Source: Candidatus Scalinduaceae bacterium (GTDB lineage: Bacteria; Planctomycetota; Brocadiia; Brocadiales; Scalinduaceae). Taken from it: a DNA stretch of 24,055 nucleotides. The notes beneath the pieces are model-generated. The model worked only from the letters and a program-made list of their open reading frames with translations, did no database searches and was not told the DNA's origin. Every line of letters begins with the position of its first letter. Positions within the stretch are counted from its first letter, which is position 1. The stretch is from the NCBI GenBank assembly GCA_046759445.1, contig JBHICG010000054.1:1-24055 (forward strand), read 5' to 3'. Positions 1 through 11,122 of the stretch are shown in pieces. Made by a program: the position numbers and the translations under genes.

Positions 1-461
1 TCAGGATTTTCAAGCCAATTATCAGGTTGTGATACAAAATCGATTATATTTTCCAGTAGAACACAATGTCTTTTTTCTTCGTCTGCTATCTTCAAAAATA
101 TTTCCTTTCTAGATTGGTCTTTTTCCTCATCAGCTTTTTCTATATAAAAGTTTTGGTTCTTTTTCTCAATTTCCAGTGCATTCTTATATAATTCTACTTG
201 TGAGACATCAACATTAAATTCTTTTTCTTCTTTCATCTTTATGAAAACATTTTTTACTTTTGTTAATATCTCTGTATCCGCCGAATATTGTGTTTTATCA
301 TTTCTTTTCATACTCAAGAATACATTATAATGTTTAGCTTCAGAATCTGCCATCATAGTCAGTATATTCTTAAGCCCTGAATTACTTGTTTTCTTAGCCA
401 TATCGAGGTAGAATTTTCTACCGTCTTTTTCCATCTGCATTGCAAATTCGTATATATCCAT
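1..461 (-). CDS. Rubrerythrin/ferritin-like di-iron protein (3' end runs off the window)
   Basis: Not in the ORF track; read manually from ATG at 461: MDIYEFAMQMEKDGRKFYLDMAKKT...MADSEAKHY...ALEIEKKNQNFY...IADEEKRH...NWLENP. Two E...ExxH units. RBS AAGGGAG upstream. Confidence 0.88.
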   Translation of the reverse strand, partial: MDIYEFAMQMEKDGRKFYLDMAKKTSNSGLKNILTMMADSEAKHYNVFLSMKRNDKTQYSADTEILTKVKNVFIKMKEEKEFNVDVSQVELYKNALEIEKKNQNFYIEKADEEKDQSRKEIFLKIADEEKRHCVLLENIIDFVSQPDNWLENP

Positions 462-605
462 TTCTTAAACTCCCTTCTTGTTGCCTATGGATAATATTAA
501 TCTTGATAACTATGCAATTATAGTTGAGAAAAGTAGTTGTATTATGAAAGTACAGAATTAAATTGCAAAAAAAGTTTAACACTTTAAAGGAGTTAATTAA
601 GCATA

Positions 606-1136
606 TTATATCTCAAGATCTTCTATCTTTGGAAGGTCTTTAATTGATTTTAGATTGAAATATTCCAAAAACTTTTTGGTAGTACCATAAAGAAGTGGTC
701 GCCCCAGAGTCTCGTCACGCCCTACAATCTTGACAATACCTTTCTCGATTAATGCCCTAATCAACTGGCCAGATTGCACACCACGAATTGCTTCTATATC
801 TGCTCTGATTATGGGTTGCTTGTATGCAATAATTGCTAAGGTCTCTAAAGCAGCTTGTGAAAGTTTACCTTCATTTGTTTTCTTACGTATCTTAGAAATC
901 CATTCATGATATTCAGGGCGGGAAAGTAATTGAACCCCATTTGCAATTTCTTCAATTTGAAATGCCCTTTCGTATGTATCATATTCCTCACACAATTTTT
1001 TTATTATTTCCTTAATCTCTTTTGTATCCGTATCTTCTATGATCTCGACTAACTTGCGTACTGAGATTGGCTCGTGAACGGAAAATAACAAAGACTCTAC
1101 TATTTTCTTGAGTTCTTCAGGAGTTTTTTTTCCCAA
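606..1136 (-). CDS. scpB: SMC-Scp complex subunit ScpB
   Basis: LSQAALETLAIIAYKQPIIRADIEAIRGV and GRPLLYGTTKKFLEYFNLKSIKDLP signatures. Confidence 0.95.
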   Translation of the reverse strand: MGKKTPEELKKIVESLLFSVHEPISVRKLVEIIEDTDTKEIKEIIKKLCEEYDTYERAFQIEEIANGVQLLSRPEYHEWISKIRKKTNEGKLSQAALETLAIIAYKQPIIRADIEAIRGVQSGQLIRALIEKGIVKIVGRDETLGRPLLYGTTKKFLEYFNLKSIKDLPKIEDLEI

Positions 1137-2556
1137 TTTTTCTTGCTTTTATAACTACAAATTTAGATGTTCCGTTTTGGCGTTTGATGAACATTAATAT
1201 ATCTTCGCCGTGAAGAATGTTTAAAACTACCTTCTGAAATTCAATAACACTTTCAATTCTTTTGTGTTGAACCTCTACTATAAGATCGCCCTTTCTCAAA
1301 CTTGCTTCAAAAGCAGGACTATCAATCTGTATTTTTGTAATAACTATGCCTTTTTCCCCCTCATAGCCCAGATTAAGAGCTAACTCAGGCGTAAGTGTCT
1401 GCACTATCAATCCTATATCCCTAGCAGAGGTCTTTTGGTCTATCGTGTCTTCCTTAGATCGTGCCACTATAGTTACATTAACGTTTAGCTTTTTACCGTC
1501 TCTTATCACAACTAGTTCTATTTCCTTGTTAATCTCAGTTCTGGTAACAAGGTTCCTGAGATAAAAAAGGTCTTTTACTTTTTTACCATCATACTCAATT
1601 ACAACATCACTGGTTTGTAGACCTGCAGTTTCTGCCGGAGAACCTGGCTCAATATTGCTTATGAGCACACCCACATTGTTCTTAAGACCGAGAATATCTT
1701 GTAATTCCGGAGTAATTACTTGAGCAGTAATGCCTAACCAACCTCTTGTAACCTTCCCCTGTGTAATCAGATCCTCCATTATCCTTTTTGCTATATTTAT
1801 GGGAATCACAAAGCTTATTCCAAAATAATCTCCTTTTTGTTTTAATATTGCAGTGCTTATACCTACAACCTGTCCTTGTAGATTAACAAGTGGGCCGCCA
1901 CTACAGCCAGGACTAATAGTTGCGTCCGTTTGCAGAAACTCCTCATATTCAGCAATGCGAATGTTTGACCTTCCTTTCGCACTAATTATGCCACTTGTAA
2001 CGGTTTGTTCCAAGCCAAAAGGACAACCTACGGCCAGGACAATTTCCCCAATTTCCATGGAATCTGAATCACCAAATTCTGCAGGTTCCAAGTTTTCGGC
2101 ATCAACTTTTAATACTGCGATATCTGTCTTGTTATCAGTACCAACTATTTCGGCCTTAAATTCACTACCATCATAAAACTTGACTATTATTTCATCAACA
2201 CTGTTTACTAAGTGATTATTTGTTACAATGTAACCTTTTTTGTCCACAATCACACCTGAACCATGACTCATAATTTCAAATCCTTTTCCAAGCTGTCCGT
2301 GTGGCAATTTTCGTCTTCCTCTTTTTAACATATCTTCCTTTAGTACCTTAGTTGTACGTATATTGACAACAGATGGTTTAACATGCTTTGCTACAGAAAC
2401 AAAGGTATCTGATAAAGTTCCATTTGCAATGCCTTCATGAAAATTGGAACTTATAGCCAGAAAAATAATTATTGTACCAGCCGAAAACAACCCGCATCTT
2501 AAAAATGACTGGAAACTAGCTATCCTCACGCACACAAGCCTCATTCTCCTTTTCAT
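1117..2556 (-). CDS. htrA: HtrA/DegP-family serine protease with two PDZ domains
   Basis: N-terminal hydrophobic segment. Triad motifs GSGVIV..TNNHLV, DIAVLK and TDATISPGCSGGPL. RGWLGI followed by two PDZ domains. Exact start uncertain because it overlaps ftsH. Confidence 0.93.
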   Translation of the reverse strand: MKRRMRLVCVRIASFQSFLRCGLFSAGTIIIFLAISSNFHEGIANGTLSDTFVSVAKHVKPSVVNIRTTKVLKEDMLKRGRRKLPHGQLGKGFEIMSHGSGVIVDKKGYIVTNNHLVNSVDEIIVKFYDGSEFKAEIVGTDNKTDIAVLKVDAENLEPAEFGDSDSMEIGEIVLAVGCPFGLEQTVTSGIISAKGRSNIRIAEYEEFLQTDATISPGCSGGPLVNLQGQVVGISTAILKQKGDYFGISFVIPINIAKRIMEDLITQGKVTRGWLGITAQVITPELQDILGLKNNVGVLISNIEPGSPAETAGLQTSDVVIEYDGKKVKDLFYLRNLVTRTEINKEIELVVIRDGKKLNVNVTIVARSKEDTIDQKTSARDIGLIVQTLTPELALNLGYEGEKGIVITKIQIDSPAFEASLRKGDLIVEVQHKRIESVIEFQKVVLNILHGEDILMFIKRQNGTSKFVVIKARKIGKKNS

Positions 2557-4378
2557 GATTCAGTATCTTCTGTAACTCTTCTTTTTCAATTACCTCTTTT
2601 TCCATCAATGTTTTTGCAAGCTTTATAAGAGTATCCTTCTTCTTTCCTAATATCTCTTTGGTCTTCGCAAATGTTTCATCAATGATTCTTTTTACCTCAA
2701 TGTCTATCTCCCTTGCAGTTGCCTCACTATATTCATTTTTAGAACCGTAACCTGTACCCAGGAAAGGAGATCTATTTTCCTGTTCGAATGTAACAATGCC
2801 GAGTTTGTTACTCATCCCATAATATTTCACCATTCTTTTCGCTATATCTGTTGCTTTTTCGAGATCATTTTGTGCTCCCGTAGATACTTCTTTAAATATC
2901 AACTCCTCTGCAATTCTACCACCGAGCAAGACAGAGATTCGATCGATTAGTTCCTCCCTGGTCATCAAATACCTGTCCTCAGTGGGCAATTGTAGTGTGT
3001 ACCCCAATGCCGCAATACCTCTTGGTATTATTGAAATCTTCTTTACTTGATCTGTAGTCTTTAGTGATGATGCTACGAGTGCATGTCCGCATTCATGGTA
3101 TGCTACTATTTCTTTCTCTTTTTTGTTTATCAATCTATTTTTCTTTTCAAGCCCAGCCATAACTCTCTCTATTGCTTCTTCAAATTCAGTCATACCAACT
3201 GTTTTCTTATCACGTCTTGCAGCGAGCAACGCTGCCTCATTCACTATATTTGCCAAGTCAGCTCCAACAAAGCCGGGTGTCATTGCCGCAATTGACTTAA
3301 GATCCATACCCTTATCCAGTTTCACTCCTTTTATGTGAACGCGCAATATTGCCTCTCTGCCATTCAAATCTGGCTTATCAACGACAACCTGTCTATCAAA
3401 TCTCCCGGGTCTAAGAAGGGCAGGATCAAGGATTTCCGGACGGTTAGTTGCACTCATTATTATCACTCCTTTGTTAGAATCAAAACCATCCATCTCCACA
3501 AGCAATTGATTCAATGTTTGTTCTCTTTCATCGTGCCCGCCAAGTGGATTTATACCCCTTGTTTTTCCAAGGGCGTCAAGTTCATCTATGAAAATAATAC
3601 ATGGAGCCTTTTGATCTGCTTGATTAAACAGATCTCTTACCCTTGCCGCTCCAACACCCACAAACATCTCAACAAATTCAGAACCACTAATACCAAAGAA
3701 AGGCACCCCAGCTTCACCAGCAACAGCCTTTGCTAAAAGAGTCTTTCCTGTACCTGGAGCACCAACCAGTAATACGCCTTTAGGAATCTTTCCACCTAAA
3801 CTTGTAAACTTACGAGGTGTCTTTAAAAACTCAACTACTTCCTTTAATTCCTCTTTTGCCTCATCTATCCCAGCTACATCGTCAAACGTAAACTTTAAAT
3901 CTTCCTGGGCATATAATCTTCCCTTACTCTTTCCAATTGACATTACGCTACCTGTGGGACCAATACCCTTTAAGACATAACGCCATATTAGGAAAAAGAT
4001 AGCAATAGGAACTATCCACGTCAACAAGAACGTTTGTATCCATGGACTTCCATATTCACCAGAATATTTGACACCATGTGCCTCCAGTTCTTTAACAAGT
4101 TCTGGATCCTCCACCCTTGCAACAACAAATGTCTTTTTCTTTTGCATACCTTCTTCTGCCTTCAAAGTCCCCCTTATAAGGTTAGTCCTAATCTGGCACG
4201 TCTCTACTTTTCCTCCTTTGACCAACGTCTTAAACTCGCTATATGATATATTCTCAGCAACGGGTTCAAAAATATAGGCATGAAGGCTTATAAGAAATAA
4301 AACTGCTATAATAAAAAACCATATTGGCATACCTAACTGATTTTGTTTAGGCTTTTTCTCCTGCTTTTTCATGAACAT
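2516..4378 (-). CDS. ftsH: ATP-dependent zinc metalloprotease FtsH
   Basis: Two TM segments, Walker A GAPGTGKT, Walker [36 protein letters not shown] zinc motif. Confidence 0.97.
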   Translation of the reverse strand: MFMKKQEKKPKQNQLGMPIWFFIIAVLFLISLHAYIFEPVAENISYSEFKTLVKGGKVETCQIRTNLIRGTLKAEEGMQKKKTFVVARVEDPELVKELEAHGVKYSGEYGSPWIQTFLLTWIVPIAIFFLIWRYVLKGIGPTGSVMSIGKSKGRLYAQEDLKFTFDDVAGIDEAKEELKEVVEFLKTPRKFTSLGGKIPKGVLLVGAPGTGKTLLAKAVAGEAGVPFFGISGSEFVEMFVGVGAARVRDLFNQADQKAPCIIFIDELDALGKTRGINPLGGHDEREQTLNQLLVEMDGFDSNKGVIIMSATNRPEILDPALLRPGRFDRQVVVDKPDLNGREAILRVHIKGVKLDKGMDLKSIAAMTPGFVGADLANIVNEAALLAARRDKKTVGMTEFEEAIERVMAGLEKKNRLINKKEKEIVAYHECGHALVASSLKTTDQVKKISIIPRGIAALGYTLQLPTEDRYLMTREELIDRISVLLGGRIAEELIFKEVSTGAQNDLEKATDIAKRMVKYYGMSNKLGIVTFEQENRSPFLGTGYGSKNEYSEATAREIDIEVKRIIDETFAKTKEILGKKKDTLIKLAKTLMEKEVIEKEELQKILNHEKENEACVREDS

Positions 4379-4758
4379 TCCTTATTACAAATAATTATTC
4401 AATACGCCATACAGACTAATAAACATGTATACATAATAGATAGTGCTTGATAAAAATGCGGTATATTAAATCATCAATAATATAATTTCTACAGCTCCAC
4501 ATGTCCTTCAAGATCATTTATATTACACCTTCCGTTCTCTATGCAAGAATATGAAATTCATTTCCCATTCATTCATCTCCATAAATCCGTGTCCTGATAG
4601 CAGAACGGTTAACTTCTTTTGCATCGCTAATATTATATGCATATTATAACATATATTAATATAAAATATAATTGTGATGGTCATTATACAAATAAAATAA
4701 TACCATAAACAACACTTAATATCGTTTTATGTATAACATGCACAAGACTCCTTTAATA

Positions 4759-7464
4759 CTATTCAAAACCTTCTCCCTCTATAACTTCATCCTCGGGATT
4801 CTCATTCTCACTTCCTTCCCTCTTCTCTTCGCCAATCGATAACAGCTCAAAAAAACTTTTTATAGGATGTTTGAATGGTTTTAATGTAACCAAGGTACTT
4901 TTCGGATTTGAGAATGTCCCGGTTATTTGTACCTTTGTGAGTTTCTTCCTGACACCAGCTACTACATAATCCACCACTTGACCTATTATTGGTATCTGAG
5001 AAAACATTTCCTGACTAAATCCAGCAACCACCATCAAATCAAGAGTACCATCAAAACCCATTTTTCCCAAACCACCTAATTCCATAGTATTACTCAACAC
5101 CTTTAACTCTTTTATATTAATGACATCATTTTCCACTGTATATTTTATATCTGCACTATGAAATGTTTCTTTAGTAGGTATGGACAAGTTCAATAAATTC
5201 ATAATGCTCAACAATGGTGGAACCTCAGAAATATAACCCTCTTTTAGCTTAACCCTTCCTTCAGCAACAAAATCCTTCAAGTCTTTTCCTTTTCCATGAA
5301 ACTCAATTTTGCCTTCGCAAATTCCAGTTAATTTGTGCTTAGTCTTAAAATATTTCTCCACCAACTCCGCTAAATCTGTTTCTCTAAATCTAAGCCTTCC
5401 CATATATTTTCCATCAGTTGATGTCCTATCAATGTCTATTGTGCCATTGATCCTACCCCCACTGAATGTCCCGTTAAATTCTCTGCTTACTATTTTTTTG
5501 TTCTCAATATTCACTCTGGCATCTATGTCTGATATACTAATGGGAATCTTTTTAAGTCTAATTCCGCTGCCTATAGTGTCAACGACAATTGAATAGCTAC
5601 CTTGCGGATCAATATCTTTACTTTCAAAATCAATATTGATATCCACCCATCCCTCAGGCTCTATTCGGAACAATTCATTTTTGAGTAACTCAGGGAATTT
5701 ATCTAATAAATCTTCAGTAACTTTTAAATCAAGAACATCAAATAAAACTTTCTTATTTTTGTTTCTCAAACCAAGTACACCGTTGCAAGTAGCACGTGAG
5801 AATTGCTTACCAGTAACGACGTATCCTCGCAAGCTCTTCAACTGGATATTATTCTTATCGATTACGATCCTGCCCATGACATCCGATACCTTAATAGGTA
5901 ATATTGTTGATTCAAACTCGTTACCCTTGCAGTCAGCCGTGATTAAGTATTCATCCTTACTACTATCTTTATAACCAGTGTAATTAATAGTTAGATCAAC
6001 TTGTCCCGTAGGTTTATTTTCAGACCATATATCTTCACCTTTCTCTGGTATGCTTTTTATTATCTCTTCTGTCAAATCCAGATTTGGGATTGATACCGTA
6101 AATCTCTTTTCCTTGGTTTTTACGTTTACGATACCATCAAACGTAGTGCGGCTGGCCTTATGTCCGTTTAGGAGATTACCATTCATATTTTTAAAATATA
6201 TATTTTCTCCGTCCATTTCGATGATTCCAACAATATTTGATAATTCGTAAGGAATGTATGGGGGTTTTACACTGATTCCCTTACATATTGCTTCTATCGA
6301 AAAAATAGTTGCGGACTTATCTTTGTTGCTCTCGTATGTCAGGTTCATATCTATATTGCCTTTTGGTTTATAATCGATCCATATCTTCTCCCCTAAATCA
6401 GGAATTAAATTCATAAATGTTTTTGTGATGTTAATATTTGATATGTTAAGTTTTATGTTTTTTATCGCATTACGTTTATCAAAGAAGGCATCAATTTCTC
6501 CAGAAGGTTCTTGCCCCTCGTTTTGAATACTGCCTTTTAAACTCTTTAAATATATGCCATCTTTAGACATTTCTATTATACCGTTAACATTTTTCACTAA
6601 TATCGGCCAATTTACGTACACCATCTGCGCATCAATAATATCAAGCCCCAGACGGTAACTCATCTTCCTCTGGTTATCTTTGTTGTTAAAATCAAGATTA
6701 CACAATAAGTTAAACTTTCCCAGTGGTGAGTACAATCTCCAAAGCTTCTCTCCAACAGCAGGAACTTCTCTCATAAGCGCTTCAGTCATAATCTTGTCCC
6801 TGAGCTGTGCAAATAACTTTAGTTCCGGTGTGGCAAAATTTATGTCAGCATAGAACTCGAAACCCTCCCAAAACCCCCCGTATATGTTGCCTTTGATGTT
6901 AACGTCTCTCAAAGAACCTCCAAATGGCTGGGCAAACAGACTCACATCTTCTATGTTCAATGCACCTTCCCTAAATATTTCTTTATCAAAAATGTGTACA
7001 TTCAAATCTTTAACAGCAATTCCACTCCTCAAATGATCTGTTGGAAATTTTAATTGCGCATGATCCAGAAACGCCTTTATTCCATTTAGATATTTCCATA
7101 CAGCCTCCTTGTCCCTAATAGCAAACAACTCTGGAGATATAACCATAACATTATTGATTAAAAGCTCACCCCTTAATAAGGCCAGGGGTTCGTGTTGGAT
7201 AAAAATCTTTTCTGCCTCTATACGTAAATTCTCAGCTTTTTCTGCTTCAAATTTAACCCTGTGTAATTCAAGTCCCTTAAAAAGGTCAAAGTGAACATCC
7301 TCTATTTTCAATTTACCCCTTGTAATACCTTCCAACGTACTTATAATCTTTGTCTTAATTGCCTCATCGGAAGTAAGCTTTTTCAGAAAAACATACCCAA
7401 CTATGAGGCTGCACACAAAAACAGATAAGATTATGGTTAATACTATCGAGGTCTTAAATTTCAT
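4759..7464 (-). CDS. AsmA-like (repeating beta-groove) envelope protein
   Basis: Single N-terminal TM anchor. Beta-rich repeats (VKNVNGIIEM / LSNIVGIIEM / VSDVMGRIVI / ISDIDARVNI). AsmA-type C-terminus (GKMGFDGTLDL...IPIIG...VQITGTFSNP). Confidence 0.75.
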   Translation of the reverse strand: MKFKTSIVLTIILSVFVCSLIVGYVFLKKLTSDEAIKTKIISTLEGITRGKLKIEDVHFDLFKGLELHRVKFEAEKAENLRIEAEKIFIQHEPLALLRGELLINNVMVISPELFAIRDKEAVWKYLNGIKAFLDHAQLKFPTDHLRSGIAVKDLNVHIFDKEIFREGALNIEDVSLFAQPFGGSLRDVNIKGNIYGGFWEGFEFYADINFATPELKLFAQLRDKIMTEALMREVPAVGEKLWRLYSPLGKFNLLCNLDFNNKDNQRKMSYRLGLDIIDAQMVYVNWPILVKNVNGIIEMSKDGIYLKSLKGSIQNEGQEPSGEIDAFFDKRNAIKNIKLNISNINITKTFMNLIPDLGEKIWIDYKPKGNIDMNLTYESNKDKSATIFSIEAICKGISVKPPYIPYELSNIVGIIEMDGENIYFKNMNGNLLNGHKASRTTFDGIVNVKTKEKRFTVSIPNLDLTEEIIKSIPEKGEDIWSENKPTGQVDLTINYTGYKDSSKDEYLITADCKGNEFESTILPIKVSDVMGRIVIDKNNIQLKSLRGYVVTGKQFSRATCNGVLGLRNKNKKVLFDVLDLKVTEDLLDKFPELLKNELFRIEPEGWVDINIDFESKDIDPQGSYSIVVDTIGSGIRLKKIPISISDIDARVNIENKKIVSREFNGTFSGGRINGTIDIDRTSTDGKYMGRLRFRETDLAELVEKYFKTKHKLTGICEGKIEFHGKGKDLKDFVAEGRVKLKEGYISEVPPLLSIMNLLNLSIPTKETFHSADIKYTVENDVINIKELKVLSNTMELGGLGKMGFDGTLDLMVVAGFSQEMFSQIPIIGQVVDYVVAGVRKKLTKVQITGTFSNPKSTLVTLKPFKHPIKSFFELLSIGEEKREGSENENPEDEVIEGEGFE

Positions 7465-7809
7465 TAAAGTTTTACTCCGTTAACAATACCCTAAATCCTG
7501 GTAAAATAGAAAGATTACAGGCATTTTATACCTATTTCAAGCATAAACTCAACGTTGGGATTAACAACGTAAATTGTTAACCGACATACTTCTTGACAGA
7601 CTATGATGTTATTCTATTTGAACTGATAATTTTTGAAGATAATAAGGAGGAATATTGCAGGGCAGCACAACTTCATGCTGAAACAACTCTCTCCGGAATT
7701 GCCTAGCTCACTCGGAAACAACTGGACGGACAACTTGCAGGCAGGAAAAAAATCTGTTTAAACCCTAATTATAAACAAGTTTTGTTATCAGTTGAACTTT
7801 TCTGGGATA

Positions 7810-8599
7810 TTATCCGGAGAACTCTCCATCGTAATCATCGCCAGGTTCTCTTGATAAATCAATCACTCTATGGGGATTTGGATATTGTCCTTTTCCCGTA
7901 CAAGTACCTCCATCATAGGCTCTTTTAATATCCCACTTTCCATGCCACGGCTTACCATAATGGTTATGGCCAAATAATAATGCATCAATTTTACTTCTCT
8001 TGAGTATTTTACCTAACTCTTTTGAATCTTTTAATTGCATAGTTAGGTATATAATGGAATGGGTGATGATGAAGATATAGAACCCGATAATCGCATTTTT
8101 TTACTTTATCTTTTTTTAGTATTACAGCTAATCGTTTGAGTTGCGGTTTACCCAATTCACCCTCTGCAGATAGTCTATCTACGGTGCCAATCTCAGCTTC
8201 CATTGAATCAAGACCAATAAAGGCTATATTCTTTTTAACATCCAGTTTGGGGTAATTAAGATTGGTATTGCCATAAAAGCAATCTTTAAATCTTTTGACA
8301 TATTTTTTATTGGCTATTATGCCTGTACCATAGTCGTGGTTGCCAGGTACAACCAGTACTGTAAAACCAGCATCTTTGAGTCTGTTAAGGTGAGCTTTAG
8401 CTTTATCATAGCTTCCTTTTTTTGCTGCATTTTCAACAATATCTCCAGTATGCACTATCACATAATCCGAAGCTGGTTCTTTCATGAAAATTATTTTCGT
8501 GACGATATCTTCTAGTTTCCTACTTAAATCCTTATATCCTACATGTGCATCAGATAAATGAATTATTTTTTTACCTGCCTTTTTCCTTTTCTTTGCCAT
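7810..8599 (-). pseudogene. Calcineurin-like metallophosphoesterase split by a frameshift near 8041 (pseudogene or sequence error)
   Basis: ORF 8009..8599 carries DAH, TGD, GNHD and HHHP. The final motif GHNH is in ORF 7810..8040 in another frame. Junction reads CCT AAC T ATG CAA. Confidence 0.8.
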
Positions 8600-8924
8600 T
8601 TCTATATTCTCCTTATTGTTAATTCTTAATGTTAAAAACCTTTATTTGTATTATAAGCACCCCAATAACCATGTTGTTTTACGTTTTTATTAAATACCAA
8701 TGTGTAAAATACATTCATCCAGTCATCCAATAAGAAAAAATGATTATGTTATTTTTCACCTCCTCCCTTTCTCCATTTTCATTCTTAATACAAGTTCTAA
8801 TTATTACTTTTGTCATTTCCCATCCACTATTTGATGGTACGACTTATAGTGGCACAGGAAATACCTAAATATTCTGCAATTTCTTTCTATGCTCAATCAC
8901 AATGAAAGTCTGTTGGCATAAAGT

Positions 8925-9740
8925 TTAAACTTTCTTTTCAGATGACAATGCCTTTTTGACCAGTTTTTCATAACTTTCCATACTGTGATCTTTAATTCCG
9001 TCAGTACCCCATTCAAGGATATCTTCACTTCGTCCATGCATTCTGTCGAGAAAGCGATTCCACCAGGCAATGTCATGTATTAATTCGCCGGGCTCAGTAA
9101 AATACTTGAAAGTACCGACATGACTGTATTTTAGCGCCCGTGGGGGTGTACGAGTCACGATATCATTATTATTTACAAAACGAAAAGCGCAGGGTTTGAA
9201 TTCGAAATTAAAGTTTCTAGCAAATGTTCGATCACCAGTACGGGGTTGACCAAACGTATAAAGACCATCCACAGGACGATCATCATCTCGAAAACAGGCG
9301 ACTGCTAACGTTGCTAAAGCTGCTCCTAAACTATGCCCCGTAAACCACAGAGATTTGGGCTTGTTCGCCCTAAACTCAGCGATTGTTCTTTCTATCTTTT
9401 TCCATACGCTGCCCAGTGCAGTATAAAACCCATCGTGAACCTTTCCTTCCATTGGTCCATCAACCAGGTTGAAGTCCAAATCAGTGAGCCAATCTTTGAT
9501 CTTATCAGGCTCAGTCCCACGAAAAGCCACCGCTATGATCTCGTCATTAGACATGACAAAACCCTGTGTATCTTCACTGGAGCTAAAGAAGCGAAAATCT
9601 TTAAACTTCCATTCTTTCTTTACAGTATTTTCAATGTCCCTTTCCTTTTGGTATGCCAGATTAGCTGTCATGGCCAGGCTATGTGCATTTTGCAAATTAA
9701 ATCCCGTAGTATTATGAACAAATTTGAATTTAGACATCAT
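8925..9740 (-). CDS. Class 3 lipase (alpha/beta hydrolase)
   Basis: VAFRGT, VHDGF, TGHSLGAALA nucleophile elbow, YTFGQPRTG, DIVTRTP, C-terminal DHSM. RBS AGGAGG upstream. Confidence 0.92.
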   Translation of the reverse strand: MMSKFKFVHNTTGFNLQNAHSLAMTANLAYQKERDIENTVKKEWKFKDFRFFSSSEDTQGFVMSNDEIIAVAFRGTEPDKIKDWLTDLDFNLVDGPMEGKVHDGFYTALGSVWKKIERTIAEFRANKPKSLWFTGHSLGAALATLAVACFRDDDRPVDGLYTFGQPRTGDRTFARNFNFEFKPCAFRFVNNNDIVTRTPPRALKYSHVGTFKYFTEPGELIHDIAWWNRFLDRMHGRSEDILEWGTDGIKDHSMESYEKLVKKALSSEKKV

Positions 9741-9971
9741 TCATCCCTCCTTACTATAGTTTCTAAATTAGCCAATTAAGGCGCTAAGTAACGTTATGAG
9801 CACACTTTTAAAAAATACTTAATTTGCATCGAAAGAGAATAATACATTTTTCTTTAGGAATAATTACAAGTGATAGCTTTAAAACATATCTCTGAATCTT
9901 TTCTTTATCTTGTCATCAATGAAGGCAAATTTTATAGCTCAAGACAGTAATCTGTTATTGTTACGATTTAA

Positions 9972-10670
9972 CTAGTTCACTGTGAATATTATTTTGATTG
10001 GTTTCTTCATGGTTGAGATAGTTTTTGAAAGGACCTTTAATGTTAAATTGAGAGGTAAAACTGTCTTGATATCATTTACTACATATTTACCATTTTTGAT
10101 ATTTCCATAATGTCTTATGTACATGGTTTTTGCTTCTGTGTCCGTTGATGGAAATGTAAACGAGAGCGGGTCTTTAACCAATATTCTGTAACTTCCACCA
10201 GTTAATCCACCCATTGTCTGGAACGTTATTAAATGATATTCTCCTGCTAAATTATCATGATATTTCCTTTTTGGGTGGATGGTAACCTTTGAAATAATTT
10301 TGGAGTTTGCTGGTTTATGAAAGCTTTTTTCAATAATGACACCATTATTGTTAAAGCCAACTGACAATGCTCTCCTTTGATTTTCATCTGAAGAGATAAT
10401 GTTTACGTGCAATTTACCTTTAACATTTGCATATTCAGGAGTTTTATTATTTACCTCATCATCTGATATGAAAATTGAACTTCCAATAATTTTTCTTTCT
10501 AATTTGCCATTTACCATGTGTGTTTCATAAGGTAGGTTTTCGGCAACTATTTCAGCCCGTTCACGAGACACAGTAATGCTTACTGAATCGTAGCTTCCCA
10601 TAAACACCTTTGTATTTGCACATCCAGTAACCAGTAAACAAAGTAAGAATATAAAAATATGCTTATTCAT
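9972..10670 (-). CDS. Lipoprotein of unknown function (paralog 3)
   Basis: Signal peptide with lipobox LVTGC. ATGA overlap with the upstream gene. Local similarity to the neighbouring lipoproteins. Confidence 0.8.
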   Translation of the reverse strand: MNKHIFIFLLCLLVTGCANTKVFMGSYDSVSITVSRERAEIVAENLPYETHMVNGKLERKIIGSSIFISDDEVNNKTPEYANVKGKLHVNIISSDENQRRALSVGFNNNGVIIEKSFHKPANSKIISKVTIHPKRKYHDNLAGEYHLITFQTMGGLTGGSYRILVKDPLSFTFPSTDTEAKTMYIRHYGNIKNGKYVVNDIKTVLPLNLTLKVLSKTISTMKKPIKIIFTVN

Positions 10671-11122
10671 TCACCGATACTCACTCCTGTTTCGTCCGGG
10701 AAGATTCCCTTGTTCTTTTGTTGGAATGTTATAGGTCCTTTAAGTTCTCCTTTTAAATTGGTCGTTGTTGTCTCAACACCATCATCTGACTGCTTCTTAA
10801 TCTGAATGTTTTTACCACGCACTTCATGAATAAGTTTTCCCTGATCATTATATTCAGCTTCATAATTCAAATTTTCCGCCGTAATAATGGTAGAATTTTT
10901 GTTAACGGTTATTACGACCCTATCGTGTTTTCCAATCCTTGCATTGGTCCCCATTTTTAAATATGCCTTAGGAACCAAAGTAAAAGGATCTCCCTCTACC
11001 CCAACACCTAGCCCACGATCAACCGTAATACTACTATTATTGTTCAATGAACTTAAATGGTTTGCGCATCCCATAAACAGCATAAATATTAAGATTACAG
11101 AATTGGAGAAAAGTTTCTTCAT
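10667..11122 (-). CDS. Lipoprotein of unknown function (paralog 2)
   Basis: MKK signal peptide with lipobox FMGC. Shares KMG..AR.GK.DR with 11333..11941. Confidence 0.8.
   Translation of the reverse strand: MKKLFSNSVILIFMLFMGCANHLSSLNNNSSITVDRGLGVGVEGDPFTLVPKAYLKMGTNARIGKHDRVVITVNKNSTIITAENLNYEAEYNDQGKLIHEVRGKNIQIKKQSDDGVETTTTNLKGELKGPITFQQKNKGIFPDETGVSIGE

Noticed and set aside
4522..4641. 39-codon minus-strand ORF between the AsmA-like gene and ftsH
   Set aside because: No RBS and no recognisable motif.
7640..7765. AAGGAGG followed by a short + strand ORF (MLKQLSPEL..., 28 aa) and four ACAACT hexamers
   Set aside because: RBS-to-ATG spacing is wrong and the hexamers are irregularly spaced, so support is insufficient.
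8849..8870. TGGCAC, a possible sigma-54 -24 box
   Set aside because: No GC at -12, and it points opposite to the local genes.
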